A stretch of 64,000 nt of DNA from Eledone cirrhosa. Its lineage: Eukaryota. Location of the stretch: positions 286,626,001-286,690,000 of the forward strand of contig OZ024740.1 of assembly GCA_964016885.1 (NCBI GenBank), given 5' to 3'. Within the stretch, counting starts at the first letter, position 1, and each line of letters opens with the position of its first letter. Shown one piece after another: positions 40,049 to 52,634 of this stretch. A program made the position numbers and the translations under genes. The notes under the pieces are model-generated. The model searched no databases. It was not told the DNA's origin and worked only from the letters and a program-made list of their open reading frames with translations.

Positions 40049-40093
40049 GTGAATATGGCTCTCTACTCAGCTATGAGCCCTTGCACATTATCA
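40049..40093 (+). CDS. Candidate 45-nt symmetric (phase 1-1) cassette exon of the host gene
   Basis: Acceptor tatctatttctgttatAG, consensus donor GTAAGT; in frame between exons 4 and 5 it encodes (G)EYGSLLSYEPLHII(R). Confidence 0.6.
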
Positions 40094-40349
40094 GTAAGTA
40101 CTGACTGTCTTTGAGAGATCTAAATAGACATGTTGCTTTTCCCTGGAAAAGAAAATCCTTTAATTTATTGCTATACTTGTAGATTTTTGTTGTTGGTTGT
40201 TTGAGATGTGTGTTGTTTTTTGTTGAAATATTTTGTAAGTGTTGTTCGTTTTTGTTTGTTTAGTTTGGCATGATGCTAAACTAACTACAAACCATGCAGT
40301 TAGTCACACTGCTATCCTTTAAACCATCTTTGTGCTGATTCTATTTTGT

Positions 40350-43300
40350 TCTGTGTATTTTTATTTATTTTTTTATTTAATATGTAATGTCTGCTTTCTA
40401 TATGTTAATTGTGTTTATATCTCAGTTGATTGGTTTAACTCGCATTTGTTTTGTCAATGTATTGATATCGTCTTCACAGAACCAAACTATATGGTACTGT
40501 ATTGTGTTGTATCAGATGAAAGAATGGTATTTAACTAATGTATTGGTACGCGATGGGGCCCACCCACAGCCCCGGTGGACAGAATGGAGAAGGCGTTTCC
40601 CAGGAGGACAGCAAGGGAGACGCACTGGAAAAGCCACTCAAACTCGCGGGGCTCACACCTGCGGCTGGCCAGCTCAGCGCCTATGGTGGTGAGTAAGGAG
40701 GTAGCCCTGGGGCCGAGGACACCAGAAGTCTCCACTGTCAGAGGAATGACCACAAACCTGTCGGAGAGCGACCGGTATTTGAGGAGTTTGATCCCCTCAG
40801 CCCGACGTGCAGCAGAACCTGGGTCAGTCGCAGACTGCACCAGGTTGCGGCTGCAGAGTGTCGGTGTAAGTGACATCCCAGACGAGGGTGTGCCACCGCG
40901 AAACGGGAAGATGGTCATGCCATCTGGCCTTTTGCCATCCCCTCGATCCAGCCCCACCGGCTCGAGCTGGGAAGGGAAGCCTGCAACGTCCAAGCCATGC
41001 TTAATGACCTCGTTGAGGGCAGCATGGCATGGAATGCGGCCGGCACTGTGGCGACAGGAAAGCGGGTGGAGGCCAAAAGAGTCCACGGTGGAACCGCAGC
41101 GACATTGGTGTGGCTGGCAGATCCGGAGGCCGAGCCCCAGGGAAACGCCGATTCGTTGTCTAGCTGCATGCCAGTGGAGAAGGATGGCAGGGTATGGAGC
41201 CAGGCACCACTGTGGGGTTTGGAGGCCGCACGAAAACAAGCAAGGCAGTGCTGGTCGAGCTGGCACGTGAGCCTGTCTGAGGCCACGTTGCACTGGATGG
41301 CATCCCAAGTGCATTGGGGGGACTTGACATCAACAGGGGGAGAAGGAGGAGGGACGTCTACTGGGCTAAGTCCCAGCCGGTCCCACGTCTACTGGGCTAA
41401 GTCCCAGCCGGTCCCACGTCTCACAGGCGGCCTCACGTTCTCTGAACACAGAGGGTTCTGTTGTGTTTTGAAGAACCTGCTGACGAGGACGCGGCACGAG
41501 GTTACCGATGAAAGATACACCGGCAAAGCTAGTGAGATCGGGGACCGGAAGCCAAGGCCGCCATACCTGACAGGTAAAGTGGCCTGTTGCCACCCTATGT
41601 CGTCAAACTTGACGTTGCATGTCCCCTCGGCTGCTGCTCGGATACAAGTATCGAGGTCAGCGAGGAGAGATGTCTGGGTGTAGCATGGAGCGCTGCGGAG
41701 TGTATACAGGAGCTTCGGCATGGTGAAGCAGTTCCTCAGCAGAAAGAGAGCTGGGTGGCCGCCAATCAAGCCCAGTAAGCTCGTGAGAGTCTGGAGCTGT
41801 TGAAACCTGGACCTGATGGTGGAGCGGATGGCCGGCGGGTGGATCGGTTACTCGAGGATGAGGACATCCTCTTTGGGGGTCACCTGAACCTGGCGGAGAA
41901 TGGACCGCACGTCCAAGACGGAGGCTGCAAAGCTCGCAGCATCGAGGCTGACATTCACCACCTCCGACTTGGCCGAGTTGACCTGGAGGCCGATTCCCGC
42001 CAGGGTAGGAATCACCAATTGAAGGTCTTGGCAGACCGCCCAACGTAGCATCATCCAGATACCAAACGTTGAGAGGGGCCGTGATACTCCGGGCGATGTT
42101 GTCAATGCCAAGGGCAAACAGGAGGGGTCCCAAAGGGTTGCCCTGTTGGACCCCAGTAGCCGAGGGTATGACCGTATCAGCAGCTAGGAGCATGCTCGGG
42201 GCTCCATATGACAGGTAGGCCAGCGGGTAGGCAGAGGGGGCTCGGATGAGGCAGGCCTCGAGCAGATGATCCCGGCGTAAAGAGTTAAAGGCATTCCTCA
42301 TGTCAAGCTTGACAATGAGGTGCCTGGAGTCCCTGGGATGCCGGTACCGATGGGCAGCTGCTGAAGAACTGCCTGATTGCATGAGCGGCTCCCTCACAGC
42401 CACCGGACACGCCGACACCCAGTTGCACCGGACTAAACTCCTCACCCAGTTTGTGTGTGACGGACTTGCAGCAGCCTCCAGAAGACATTTCCCAGAGCAA
42501 TGGGGCGTATGCCACCGTCATTCTTCCTGAGAGTGGTGAGGCCGGCCGAAAAAAAGAGGCCTCGGGCGTAAGGGTCGAGGGCACCATGAATGAGCCTATT
42601 GGTGAGCGCCACAATTGCACTCAGAAGGCGGCGCCCAGCCTCAGCAGAGAGGGGGGATGTCAACTCTTTGAGGTGGCCTGGTCGGAGACCATCAACACCT
42701 CCACAGCTGCTAGCTGGGAAGGACCTGATAGCGGACATGATATCTACATTAGTAGCCACAAGGAGCAAGTGGGGGTATGGGTCTGAGATCAGTGGGTGGC
42801 TCAGGTTGTTTGAGCCGCAGAGCAGCCAGGACCTCCTCAGTGGGTTGGAGGACTGTGTCCTCTGAGGCAACAACTCTGACTGCGGCCGAGACATCACCCA
42901 TGATAAACTTTGCGTTTACCTGGTCACGCAAACGCTTGGCGCTGCCCTCGGGGGTGGAGGATACAGGGTACCTGAGGGTGGGGTGTGTGGCGTCCCTGGG
43001 CATGCTTGGAATGGGCGCTCGCCCAAATGACGAGACATTGGCCTTGACGACGGCTGCTGTTGACCGGCCGCCCTGGTCAGCGCCAGAGCTGGGGAGGCCG
43101 AGGGCGAGTGGGGCGAAATAGAACAGCCGCTCCCAGTCACTGGCTTGATTGGAGTCCAGGGCACTTTCAATCGAGGAAGCGAGGGCATCGGCTACCGGCA
43201 CCCGTGTTGCTCTCGGGATCCTGAGTGGGATCTTCCGGAGCCGTCTGAGCCGAGCGATGTTGACCAGCGAGGCTCGGGCGTCAGGCAAGCTCCCTGTCCC

Positions 43301-44060
43301 ATCTGGTGGTGTGCCAGACGGCCGTGGCTGGGAAGAGGTGGAGAAGAGGCAGCTCCTGCACCTCCACGCTGCGAGGGCATTGGAAGCTCGTCGAGTCAAG
43401 CCAACGCAGGTGAGGTAGTGGAAGCAGCCGCACCCCAAACAGTTCTGGCCCCTCTTCCGTTTGTTAGTGGTGCCGCAAGTGCTGCAGGTGTCGATTTTGA
43501 GGGGTGGGGGTGGCGTGTGGGGCCGGGGACTGGGGCATCAGGGGTGGGTGGCTGGCGTGTGTGGGTGGAAGGGAAAGTGTTGGTAAGAGGGCAGCATAGC
43601 TCACCTATATATATGGAGGTGTCAGAAAACGAGAGCAAAAAGGGACTGCATGGAGGGGGAGACACAGGAAGGTAGAATGGCAGTGAATGGATAGATGTAC
43701 ACAAAAAAAGGGGGGTGGGGAAACAAGGGGTTCCCAGCGGAAAGACCTAGAGTTCAGCACACACAGATGCGAGCAACTGAGCAGTTTGTCATAGGACCTT
43801 GTGGCTGGAGGTGAGTCACTGATGCTGGGGTTGGCTTCCTCTTGTTAATGGTAGAGTTGTTGTTGTTAATGACACTGTTGTCGTCGTTGCCTTCCTCTTG
43901 TTAATGGTGAAGATATAGAGCGAAATACAAAATCCACCAGCAGACAATTATATAAAAAAAGTATCTAGAAATAAAAGTCAACATTTCTGTCTGGGGTATA
44001 AAGATTTGTTTTACATTTTCGCAAACAACGTAACGATATTCTCAATGGACGCGCTTACAA
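40350..44060 (-). mobile_element. Near-complete but frameshifted CRE-like non-LTR retrotransposon (PHD - RT - CCHC - REL endonuclease)
   Basis: Minus strand: PHD CSTC..CLGC..HYLTC..WRCRSC, GGVDGLRPGHL, KNDGGIRPIA, PVQLGVG, KLDMRNAFNS, GVQQGNPLGPLLF, WYLDD, LPVRYGGLG, SGAWLHTLP, CRCG...GLHPLSC, HAALN, KRPDG, PLTVETSG; stop at 40535. GC- and CpG-rich relative to the flanks. Confidence 0.9.
41354..41421. repeat. 31-bp tandem duplication inside the CRE-like ORF (frameshifting)
   Basis: acgtctactgggctaagtcccagccggtccc occurs twice, followed by acgtct. Confidence 0.95.
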
Positions 44061-45395
44061 TATTTGGTACTGTATCGGTATATAAAGTGGTGAATTGGCA
44101 TATGTGGTTGTCTGTTTGTATATATATATAGGAGTGAATTGGTATATATGGTGATGAATTGGCAGAAGTGATAGATCATCGAACAAAATACCTCTCAGGT
44201 ATTTGTTCCTACTTTTTGAGTTCTGAGTTGAAATCCATCTGATGTCAACTTTACCTTTCATCCTTCCAAGGTTGATAAATGTTTCAGTCAAGGGTAGTGG
44301 ACTGGCAGAAATATAAAACTCCAGACAGGATACCTTATAGTACTTGTTCCACCTCTTTTTTTTTCTGGTTATAAATCCCACCATGACCAACTTGTTGATA
44401 TCTTCTTCACAGACTGATCAAACTGATCCTTTAACTTTCTGGACGGCTTACCTCCATTTTTGTTAAACCTGTGCAATAATATTTTTCTGACCAATATCAA
44501 TTTCCTTTCGTCTTTAACTTTGTGTTAAATTGATAACATAAAGATGACTAATATATCTGAAACAGGAGAAATTATTATACTTCTGCATCTTTATCTGTGT
44601 CAAAATACCCGTGGAATAAGTTGAGCTGTTCCCACCAGTGAATCCACATGTATGAACTTTCTATTTAAGTTTTATTGGAAATATGGTTTTTGCAGGGTTA
44701 ACTATATTTACCATATCCTTGTTGTCCTCCTCCCTCCACCATTTTAGTTTGATGGATTTCCAACAAAGCAACTAGCCGCACATCTTAACACCTAAATGCT
44801 GACAGCACCTGTTCATCTTATACTGATTGAATTGATGCATGGAAAGGAGTTTCTAGCCACACTATTCTACTTGAAGTTTTGGGTGTTGGGGTTTTAATTC
44901 GATGCTCTTTCTGTTATCAGCTTCTGTAAATGTGTATACTGCATGTATTTATCTTGGCATCAGCTCTACAAATCACTTTATAAATAAGGCCTTGTCATCA
45001 AGAATTTCTTATTTTAATATGTCTGTTGGATCAGTGATTTGTTATTTATTCATGGCTTAACACAGGGACACAAAAATGTTCATATGTGGTTAAAGGTTGG
45101 ATCATTGATGAGGTGGTATCTACATCAAGTAAAGTTAAAATTATTCACAGATAAGCTCTAGCCTTTGGGCCATAGATACACTGCCTCCACTTTTTTCTCT
45201 TCTACTGCTACTACAATGGCTTCTGCTCTTGGGAGCTGACTCATCTCATGTCACCTTCACCCTGGCTTTCTTTACTTACTCATTTCTCCTCCTCCCGTCA
45301 CTCATGTTATGTTCAAACTTCGTCAGGCCTCACACTAGCCACTATGCTTAGTTCTTCCTTTTCCAAACATCATCCCACAAAAACTCCTTTTCTCT

Positions 45396-45600
45396 TCATG
45401 TATTCCTTACAAGCATCGAGCTGCAACAGTTTAAGTGGGACATCAACCACATCAATCTCACTGGTCTCAGCTGGCTGGTGAAAGCTTTTGGCACTGCCCC
45501 TTTCTCCAGATCTAAGAAGTAGGTAGTATAGCCTTGTTGATAATTTATTAGCCTCTCTGCTAATAGTTCAAAGGTTAAAATCTGATCCACGTATTTTTAT
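45396..45600 (-). mobile_element. Decayed LINE RT fragment
   Basis: DQILTFELLAERLINYQQGYTTYFLDLEK resembles DQIftl...EK......FiDlEKAFD. Confidence 0.6.
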
Positions 45601-46240
45601 TGTGTTTATGGGCAAACCTTTTGCTCTGCTTTGCCTCAGTTCACCAAGCTGTTTGAAACAGAGACCAGATCCTCTGGAAACCTTACATCTAATTGATCAA
45701 TATCCTATTCTCTTAATTTTAGTCCCATCCCATTAAAAACATAAGAGACACTTGTACACAAAGCTTAACACTTCAACAAACATCCATTTTGTTACCATGT
45801 TTATAATGAAATACATGGTATTTTAGTTAACTAATGAAGAATTAGGGTGGTTTACATTATTTAAATGATATTTGTAACATATCTGAACAAAATATTTTTA
45901 TATCAAATTATGTTGGAAAATTTTAATTTAAACAGAAGCTCTTTAACATTTGTGGCTTTGTTTCATAGAACCAGGGGCAGTTTTGGGCAGCATGGTATCA
46001 AAAAGGTCAAGATGTGTGTAGCATTATCTAGTCGGTGTAGAATTGTTTTTTTGTTTGTGTTATAATTGATATTTCAGTGGTTATTTTTATTGTACTCTTT
46101 CACTGGAGAATTGAGTGTTGGACTTTGTGCTTTGTGTATGTGCAATGTTTTATTTTTTTCTATTGTATTGAAAGTACTCTGTGTAATGTGTCTACAGTGC
46201 TTAATTGTTCAGTGTTTAGTTGTATGTCAAATGTATATAT

Positions 46241-46297
46241 AACCCATGCTAGCATGGAAGAACGGACGTAAAACGGTGATGATGATGATGATGATGA
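46241..46297 (+). mobile_element. Extreme 3' tail of RTE family A (~57 bp)
   Basis: aacccatgctagcatggaagaacggacgtaaaacggtgatgatgatg differs from 62658-62712 at one base. Confidence 0.9.
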
Positions 46298-46329
46298 AAT
46301 CCTGGAATTTTTGTTATTTGTTTGTCTGC

Positions 46330-46720
46330 ATCCTTTGTAATCATTCCAAAGGCACCTGCTATTATAGAAATTGTTTGTTTCCAATCACTGCAGTCTGGTT
46401 ATCACTATTTCTAGATCTGTATATTTAGATGATTTCTCCATTATAGATATATTATCATCTGTTGAGACTCATTCATTGATCAGAACACCCTTTTCTTCAA
46501 AACAATATCAGGTCAATTTTCTTTAATCTCCTTGTCTCTATAGATTGGCATATAGCAGAATATTGTCACTTTATCAATCTCTGCAGCTTTTCTGGTGAAT
46601 ACTTGTTATCATCTTTTCTGCTGGTATTTCTCAATGCCAATATAATTTCTAGTGTGTGAAAAATCCAACTTTGTCATACTTATATTTATCTGCTAGGTTT
46701 AGAGTAAGGGGCTGTATCTA
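46330..46720 (-). mobile_element. Decayed REL-endonuclease LINE 3' remnant (R4/Dong/NeSL-like)
   Basis: Minus strand VTIFCYMPIYRDKEIKEN*PDIV...EKSSKYTDLEIVITRL resembles LWDxxIxTDxxIxaNRPDIV...EKxxKYxdL. Confidence 0.65.
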
Positions 46721-46794
46721 TTACTTTTGCAAGCCCTTGAAAGAGTAATGAGATTGGTGTTGTTGATGTTCATTTGAAATTGTTGCAGGTCAAT

Positions 46795-47250
46795 TCATGC
46801 AGGAAAACCATATGCAGAGGGACAATTCCAGTTGAATGAATGTTCAGGGCTGGGAATAGTGGTTAGTGTGAGGTCTGGAGAAAGGGGACAATATGGGTGA
46901 TGAGAAGAGGAGAGCTGAATGAAACAGGAGTGCTTTAGAGAGGTGTCACAAGGTCTGCCATTTTTGAGAAACAAATGGCAGTAGAAAAGGCAGAGAAATG
47001 AGACAGAACATCTATGGGCCAAATGCTGGGGCATGTCTGTCAAGGACTTTATGTCAATCAAACAGGGCAGCAATAAACAATGCTGTTGACTTTCTTTGCA
47101 ACCTCCACATATTCTATAGTTAACTTTTTAATTCTATGTTTGATAGTTTCTGGTGAGAAGGCCTTGGTTTTGTGCCACAGTGAAAATTTAAAAAAATGAC
47201 CTCTTTAATCTCAGCTTTGAATCCTACATTTCACAGTCAAGCTGAGATTG
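46795..47250 (-). mobile_element. Decayed CR1/L2-like ORF2 3' end
   Basis: QHLAHRCSVSFLCLFYCHL resembles the LxHRRxVasLxlFYry C-terminal motif. Confidence 0.5.
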
Positions 47251-47272
47251 TTGTTTATCCACTTTTATTTCA

Positions 47273-47477
47273 TTAACCCTTTTATTACCAACACACTGCC
47301 TCTAGTTCTATAAAACAAAAGCACACATTTTAAAGGTTTTCTATTTAAATTAAAATCTAGTATTTGTTAAATATTACAAATACCATCTTGATAATGAAAT
47401 AATTAATTATTTCAGAAAATCTCTCCAAATTCTTCATTATGTGCATTTCATTATATATATGGTAATAAAAGCGTTAA
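47273..47477. mobile_element. TTAA-flanked MITE, second piggyBac-like family
   Basis: Terminal inverted repeat ttaa-ccctttttattacca ... tggtaataaaagcg-ttaa. Confidence 0.6.
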
Positions 47478-47599
47478 ACCTTCTTATATACTGACCATGG
47501 GATTTTTTTATGTCATTTTAGCATGGAATTTTGTAGCCCAATTTACAGCTTAGTATTTTTTTTTTTTCAAAAACATTTCTGCTGTTATTATTTATTACC

Positions 47600-48135
47600 A
47601 TAAAGTACCAGTAATGCACTGGGTAATTGCTGGCCTTGTGCCAAAAGTAGAAACAATTATTTATTACCATGTGACAGGGCGGTGGATTGGCAGTATCGGT
47701 AGAGGGTCGAACACTATGCTTTGCTGCATAGAGTTACGGCCCTTTACAGTCTGAGTTCAAATCCCACCAAGGTTAACTTTGCCTTTCATCCTTATGGGGT
47801 TGATAAAATAAAGCACCAGTAACGTACATACTGGGCTCAATTTAATCGACTTCCCCCCCCCCCCCCCCCAAATTACTGGCCTAGTGCCTATACTAGAAAT
47901 CATTATTTATTACCATGTGGGTGGTGAATTGGCAGAATTGGTAGAGCATCAGATACCATACTTCACAGCCCTTTACAATCTGATTTCAAATCTTGCCGAA
48001 GTTAGTTTTGCCTTTCATCTTTACGCAGTGAAAAAGATAAAGTACCAGTCATGCACTGGGGTCAATTTAATCAACTTTCCCTTTCCTTCAAATTGTTGAT
48101 TTTGTGCCAAAAGTAGAAATAATTATTTATCACCA
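47600..48135 (+). mobile_element. Tandem array of tRNA-derived SINE units (partial + 2)
   Basis: Same unit as 14249-14670, including the aaagtaccagtaatgcactgggt(t/a)attgctggccttgtgccaaaa junction. Confidence 0.8.
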
Positions 48136-48399
48136 TATTTTTAGCAGTTCTCTGTGAGTTTCTACTATAGCAGCAGATGCACCTGAGGTGTGTGGAGCAT
48201 TGTCTTATGGCAATATAGAGTTGTGTGTGTTTGTATATTTAACCAACTATGTATAATAGAAGTTATGTGAGTTGTTGCTACTATAGTGTCAGTTATCTAT
48301 ATGTTGTGTTATATTATTTGATGATAATTCCATAGAGTATGTGTTGTATGTATTTATTGAGTTGTGATTCTATAGAGTATGTGTTGTGTACAGAGAATG

Positions 48400-48600
48400 T
48401 ACTGTTTTGAGTTGAATGTGTCTTATATAGGATGCAGGCTGTACTGCGGGCTTTCCTTTGACTTATTTTCTTCTCACTTAGTGCTCCAACTGTTATTTGT
48501 ATTGTTTTCACTTTCATATCCCAAACCTTATTCTAATTTGTCTTTGTCATGTTGCAAGTATCACCCATTTGCATCAGATATCTATTCCTATACATTTGTA
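48400..48600 (-). mobile_element. Decayed REL-LINE C-terminal remnant
   Basis: WDMKVKTIQITVGALS...QRKARSTACILYKT resembles W...v.viPivvGALG...QKa.llgTaxIlRk. Confidence 0.5.
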
Positions 48601-49010
48601 TCTCTTAGTTGAATCAGTTGATACCTTTAATGCGTAGCTGCTCTATCAGCTGACTTGTGCTCTGTCTTTTATGCATGTTGACGTTGAATGTCCAACAGAT
48701 AACATTTCTTTCCAGCTTCTGTAGATCTGCCTCATTCAGTCCTTATGACTCTCTCAACCATACCGTATCACACTTGTTACCCATTCATCATACAAGTTCT
48801 CTCTCTAACATGATCTTAATAGATCCCTTAGCCCAGTCACCCACGGTTTACAAAGTGACAGGATATAGAAAATGGAATGGCCATTTACTCTATGAGAGTT
48901 TGTGGATGTGTATATGTGTATGTATGCATGTGATGTACTGTATATTATCTAAAAATATCCTTTTTTTGTTTTGTTTTGTTTTGTTTTTTCATCTTTTGTA
49001 AAACTAACCA

Positions 49011-49629
49011 TGATGCGCATGAAAGACGACAGCTGTATAAAAAAGTGCAGGGCGATCAAAGTTGATGGTAGTTACAGAGAAGGTAGACCCAGAAAAATCT
49101 GGGACGATCTAATAAATTCCGACCTTACACACTTGCATCTCTCTAAGACAATGTCACTGGACCGAGATCTTTGGCGCTATGCAGTAATACAGAAGACCCG
49201 CCTTGCCTATGTACAAAGCGAAACCTACAGTCAGTAGGCACCTCTTAACCAAATATACACCCCAATCCACTACCCCTACCCTATCCTTCCACTCCCACCA
49301 ATACCACCCTCTCTCTATAAAGTTGGTACCACAACATCCAGTCCAAATAAATGAGATAATCTGATCGAGATCATGTAGGTGTCACAAGAAAAAACACACA
49401 GTCCACGCTGTAATGTGGTCGTGTAGGTAACACGGTAAAAAGTTCCCAGTTCCACACTGTAAATGTGGGTGGTGTTAGGAAGGGCATCCAGCCATAGAAA
49501 ACCTGCCAGATAGTCCTATATGAGCGAGACACGGTCACCCGACCAACCTTGCTTCAAGTGGGACAACTCCTGTCTAACCCATGCTAGCATGGAAAATGGA
49601 CATTAAACGAAGATGATGATGATGATGAT
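49011..49629 (+). mobile_element. RTE 3' fragment, diverged family A subfamily, with candidate TSD
   Basis: MRMKDDSCIKKCR...GRPRKIWDDLI, 3'UTR module and (GAT)n tail; TAACCA at 49005-49010 and 49630-49635. Confidence 0.85.
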
Positions 49630-52600
49630 TAACCAAAAGGGGGAAAAAATTATACATTATTTAAGTTATATTTCACTGCATTCTATATTTAGGGATACAT
49701 ATTATAGAAGGGAAGAGATATGAGCAGAAAGAAATCCAAACCCTTATTAATGCATCTTATATAAAGGCAAGGAATACATAGAAATATGATTTTGTTTATT
49801 TTTAGAAATTACTTACATTTTATGTTACATGCCATCAACAAACTTCTTTTTCTTTATCTCATGGAATGGTGAAAAATAGAGTTAATTGATTGTCCCTTGA
49901 TCAGAGATGTCTTGGTGTGTGGTAAGCCATTTTAGATCAAATTAGGAACTAAACCATTGGGTCCCAACTTGGGGTAAATTTACCTTCCAGAGGGAAATTT
50001 TCTTGTTTAATATTTGTAGATATTTTTTTCAATTATAATTAAAAATTGTCTGTAGCTGAGAAGAAAATTTGAAATAGATGTATTTAGTTAATCAAAATAC
50101 TACTTTGTTTTCTATTAACTGCTTTGGACTTAGTGTTCTGTATGAGTTTCAGTGATTGATGTGTTTACACTGATTGATTGTATTTGTTCATCATTAGCTG
50201 TTCATAAGTGAAAAAATGTTGTTTTATGCTATTACCGTTATTCTAATATAAAATAATAATGTTAAAAACAATATATCAAAAATGTTCCCTTTGTCAGTTT
50301 CTGTATTATAATAAAGATATAAACCCAAATTACTGAACAAAACAGAGTGGGAGTTAATTTAGTTTTGGAAAGTTGCCAAGGCTTAAATAGAGCAGGAAGC
50401 CTCTGGGCTAATGGATATTGTGGTATTCATTCACTCCCAGGTGACAACAGCAATGCAAGTGAGAAGGCTACAAATATATTTATTTTTACAGTTAACTATT
50501 TACAAAAATATAAGAGAACAAAATGACTCAGGCTTAAACTCAGATTTAAATCAGTAACAGGTGGTAAATTGACTAAGTCGTTATAGCATTAGATAAAATG
50601 GTTTGTAGCATTTGTTCTGGTTTTCTGAACTGTGTTCAAATCCTACCAGGGACAACTTATCCTTTCAAAATTGAGAAACAAAGCCCCAGATCAGTATTTG
50701 TTTTGATTCGGTGCATTCTAAGCTCAAATCCCACCTCCAGTCACTGGAAAAATGATAACATAGTAGAACTGAAGTCTTTATTATTAAAAACTCAAGAAGC
50801 TTCTTATAAGGTGCAACCTCATGGGTAAGCGGAGAAATCTGCACGATGTGAGCAGTAACACCAACAAGCTTGTTACTGCCTCCTTTTCTTTGTTGAAAGT
50901 TTTAGAATTGGAGAATGGTTTCTTTACGTGTGGAATCAGTAAATAAGCTTGTTCTTTGTTGGGTATGTGGAGATATGTGAGATTAAAAATTATAGAGTGA
51001 AAATTTTATGTCCAGGTTCTGATCTCATGAGAGAAATGTGATAAGAAAATGGCTGAGATTTATTGTTGAGCTAAGATTGAAATGCCTCTAGCTTAGGAAT
51101 GGCAGGCACATATAAGATTCTAATGACAGAAGCCATAGTAAGAATGTTAATCAAACTAACAACAAAATCAATTGAAGGCTGATTAAAAATTATTACATTT
51201 CTAGTGAATTCACATTGGAGTCTTCATAACAGAGAAAGTTTTGACATTTTTTCTACAAAGGGTAAACAAAAGTGCTAGTAAATCTAGCTAGGAATTCCTG
51301 CTGGACAGTGAAATTAATTGAAATTGTGTAATTGTTTTATTATTGTAAATGGACCACCATTGCTTTTAACAATATGAGTTCCAGTTGTTTGGTCAATGGA
51401 GCAGCCTACTCATTAAATTAATATCTAAGTGGCTGAATTTTCCCCAGACATAGATACTCTTAATGCAATTCTCCAGTAAATTCAACTGGTGATAGTGTCA
51501 CAATAAAATGCACCCAGCATACTCTATAAAGGGGTTGGTCTTAATAACATTGAGTCATAAAAGCTTTACCAAACAAAGGGTTGAGGGGATCTTTTAGTTG
51601 TGTCAAGGATGCAACAATCTCCCTAGTGTTGTAAAGTGGTTTGTGATAGGAAAGCCATCTAGCTGTAGAAACCATGTCAAAACTGAAAGGTATGTATGTG
51701 GGACGTGACCCTTGACAAGTCTAGGAAGGATCAGCTCTAATTAAGTAATGATTTGGTTTGTAGTGACCCACCCAACCCATGCCATCATGTAAAAATGAAC
51801 TTTAAAGATAATGCTGATGATGATGATGATGATAATTTTGCATGAGGCTTTGACAAGGCTGGGCCTTTAAATTAAAATTCCAGTCCATCTGGTGAGCTGT
51901 CCTGTAGTTTCCATCAGCCCAAAATGCCACACCATGGGATTGAACCTAAAACTTCATAAATGTGAAAGGAGTTTCTTAACCACTCAACCAGGCCTGTGTC
52001 CATTTATTATTTTTGTTCCTGAACCTCAGTCAGTTATGACAATCAGTGTTCCAGTTTGATCAATGGTACAGCCTACGCTCATGGAATTAACATGCAAGTG
52101 GCTGAGTATTTCAAAGACATATGTACCCTTAATGTATTTCTCAGAGATTCAGCATGACTGTGTGGCAAGGTTGGCCCTTTGAATAATAGGTATAATTCAT
52201 TTTGCTAGCTGAGTGGACTAGAACAACATGAAATAAAAAATCTTGCTTAAGGACACAATGCACTGCCAAAAATTGAATTCACAACCTTATGTTCATAAGC
52301 CGAATACCCTAACCACTAAGCTTTATTTTGTATAGCAGCATTTTCGGTAGATGTGGTTAACTGTGCAGATTAGAAGTCACCCAGGCTCAAGGGCTGACAC
52401 AGTTCAACTGCAGTGTACAGAATGTAGGTGGAAGAATAACTGTATGGCTTAGGAATTTCACTTTGCAGCCATGTGGTTTTGGGTTCAATACCACTGCATG
52501 ACACCTTTGGAAAATGTCTTTTACTATAGCTTTGGACTGACCAATGCTTTATAACGGAAATTTAGTAAGCGAAAACTGTTGTGTGTGTGTGTGTGTAAGT

Positions 52601-52634
52601 TGATATCACTAAAACATCCAGTTCCATTTGTTTA

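Noticed and set aside
40575-43675. Many long + strand ORFs
   Set aside because: They are shadow frames of the GC-rich minus-strand retrotransposon ORF and show no motifs of their own.
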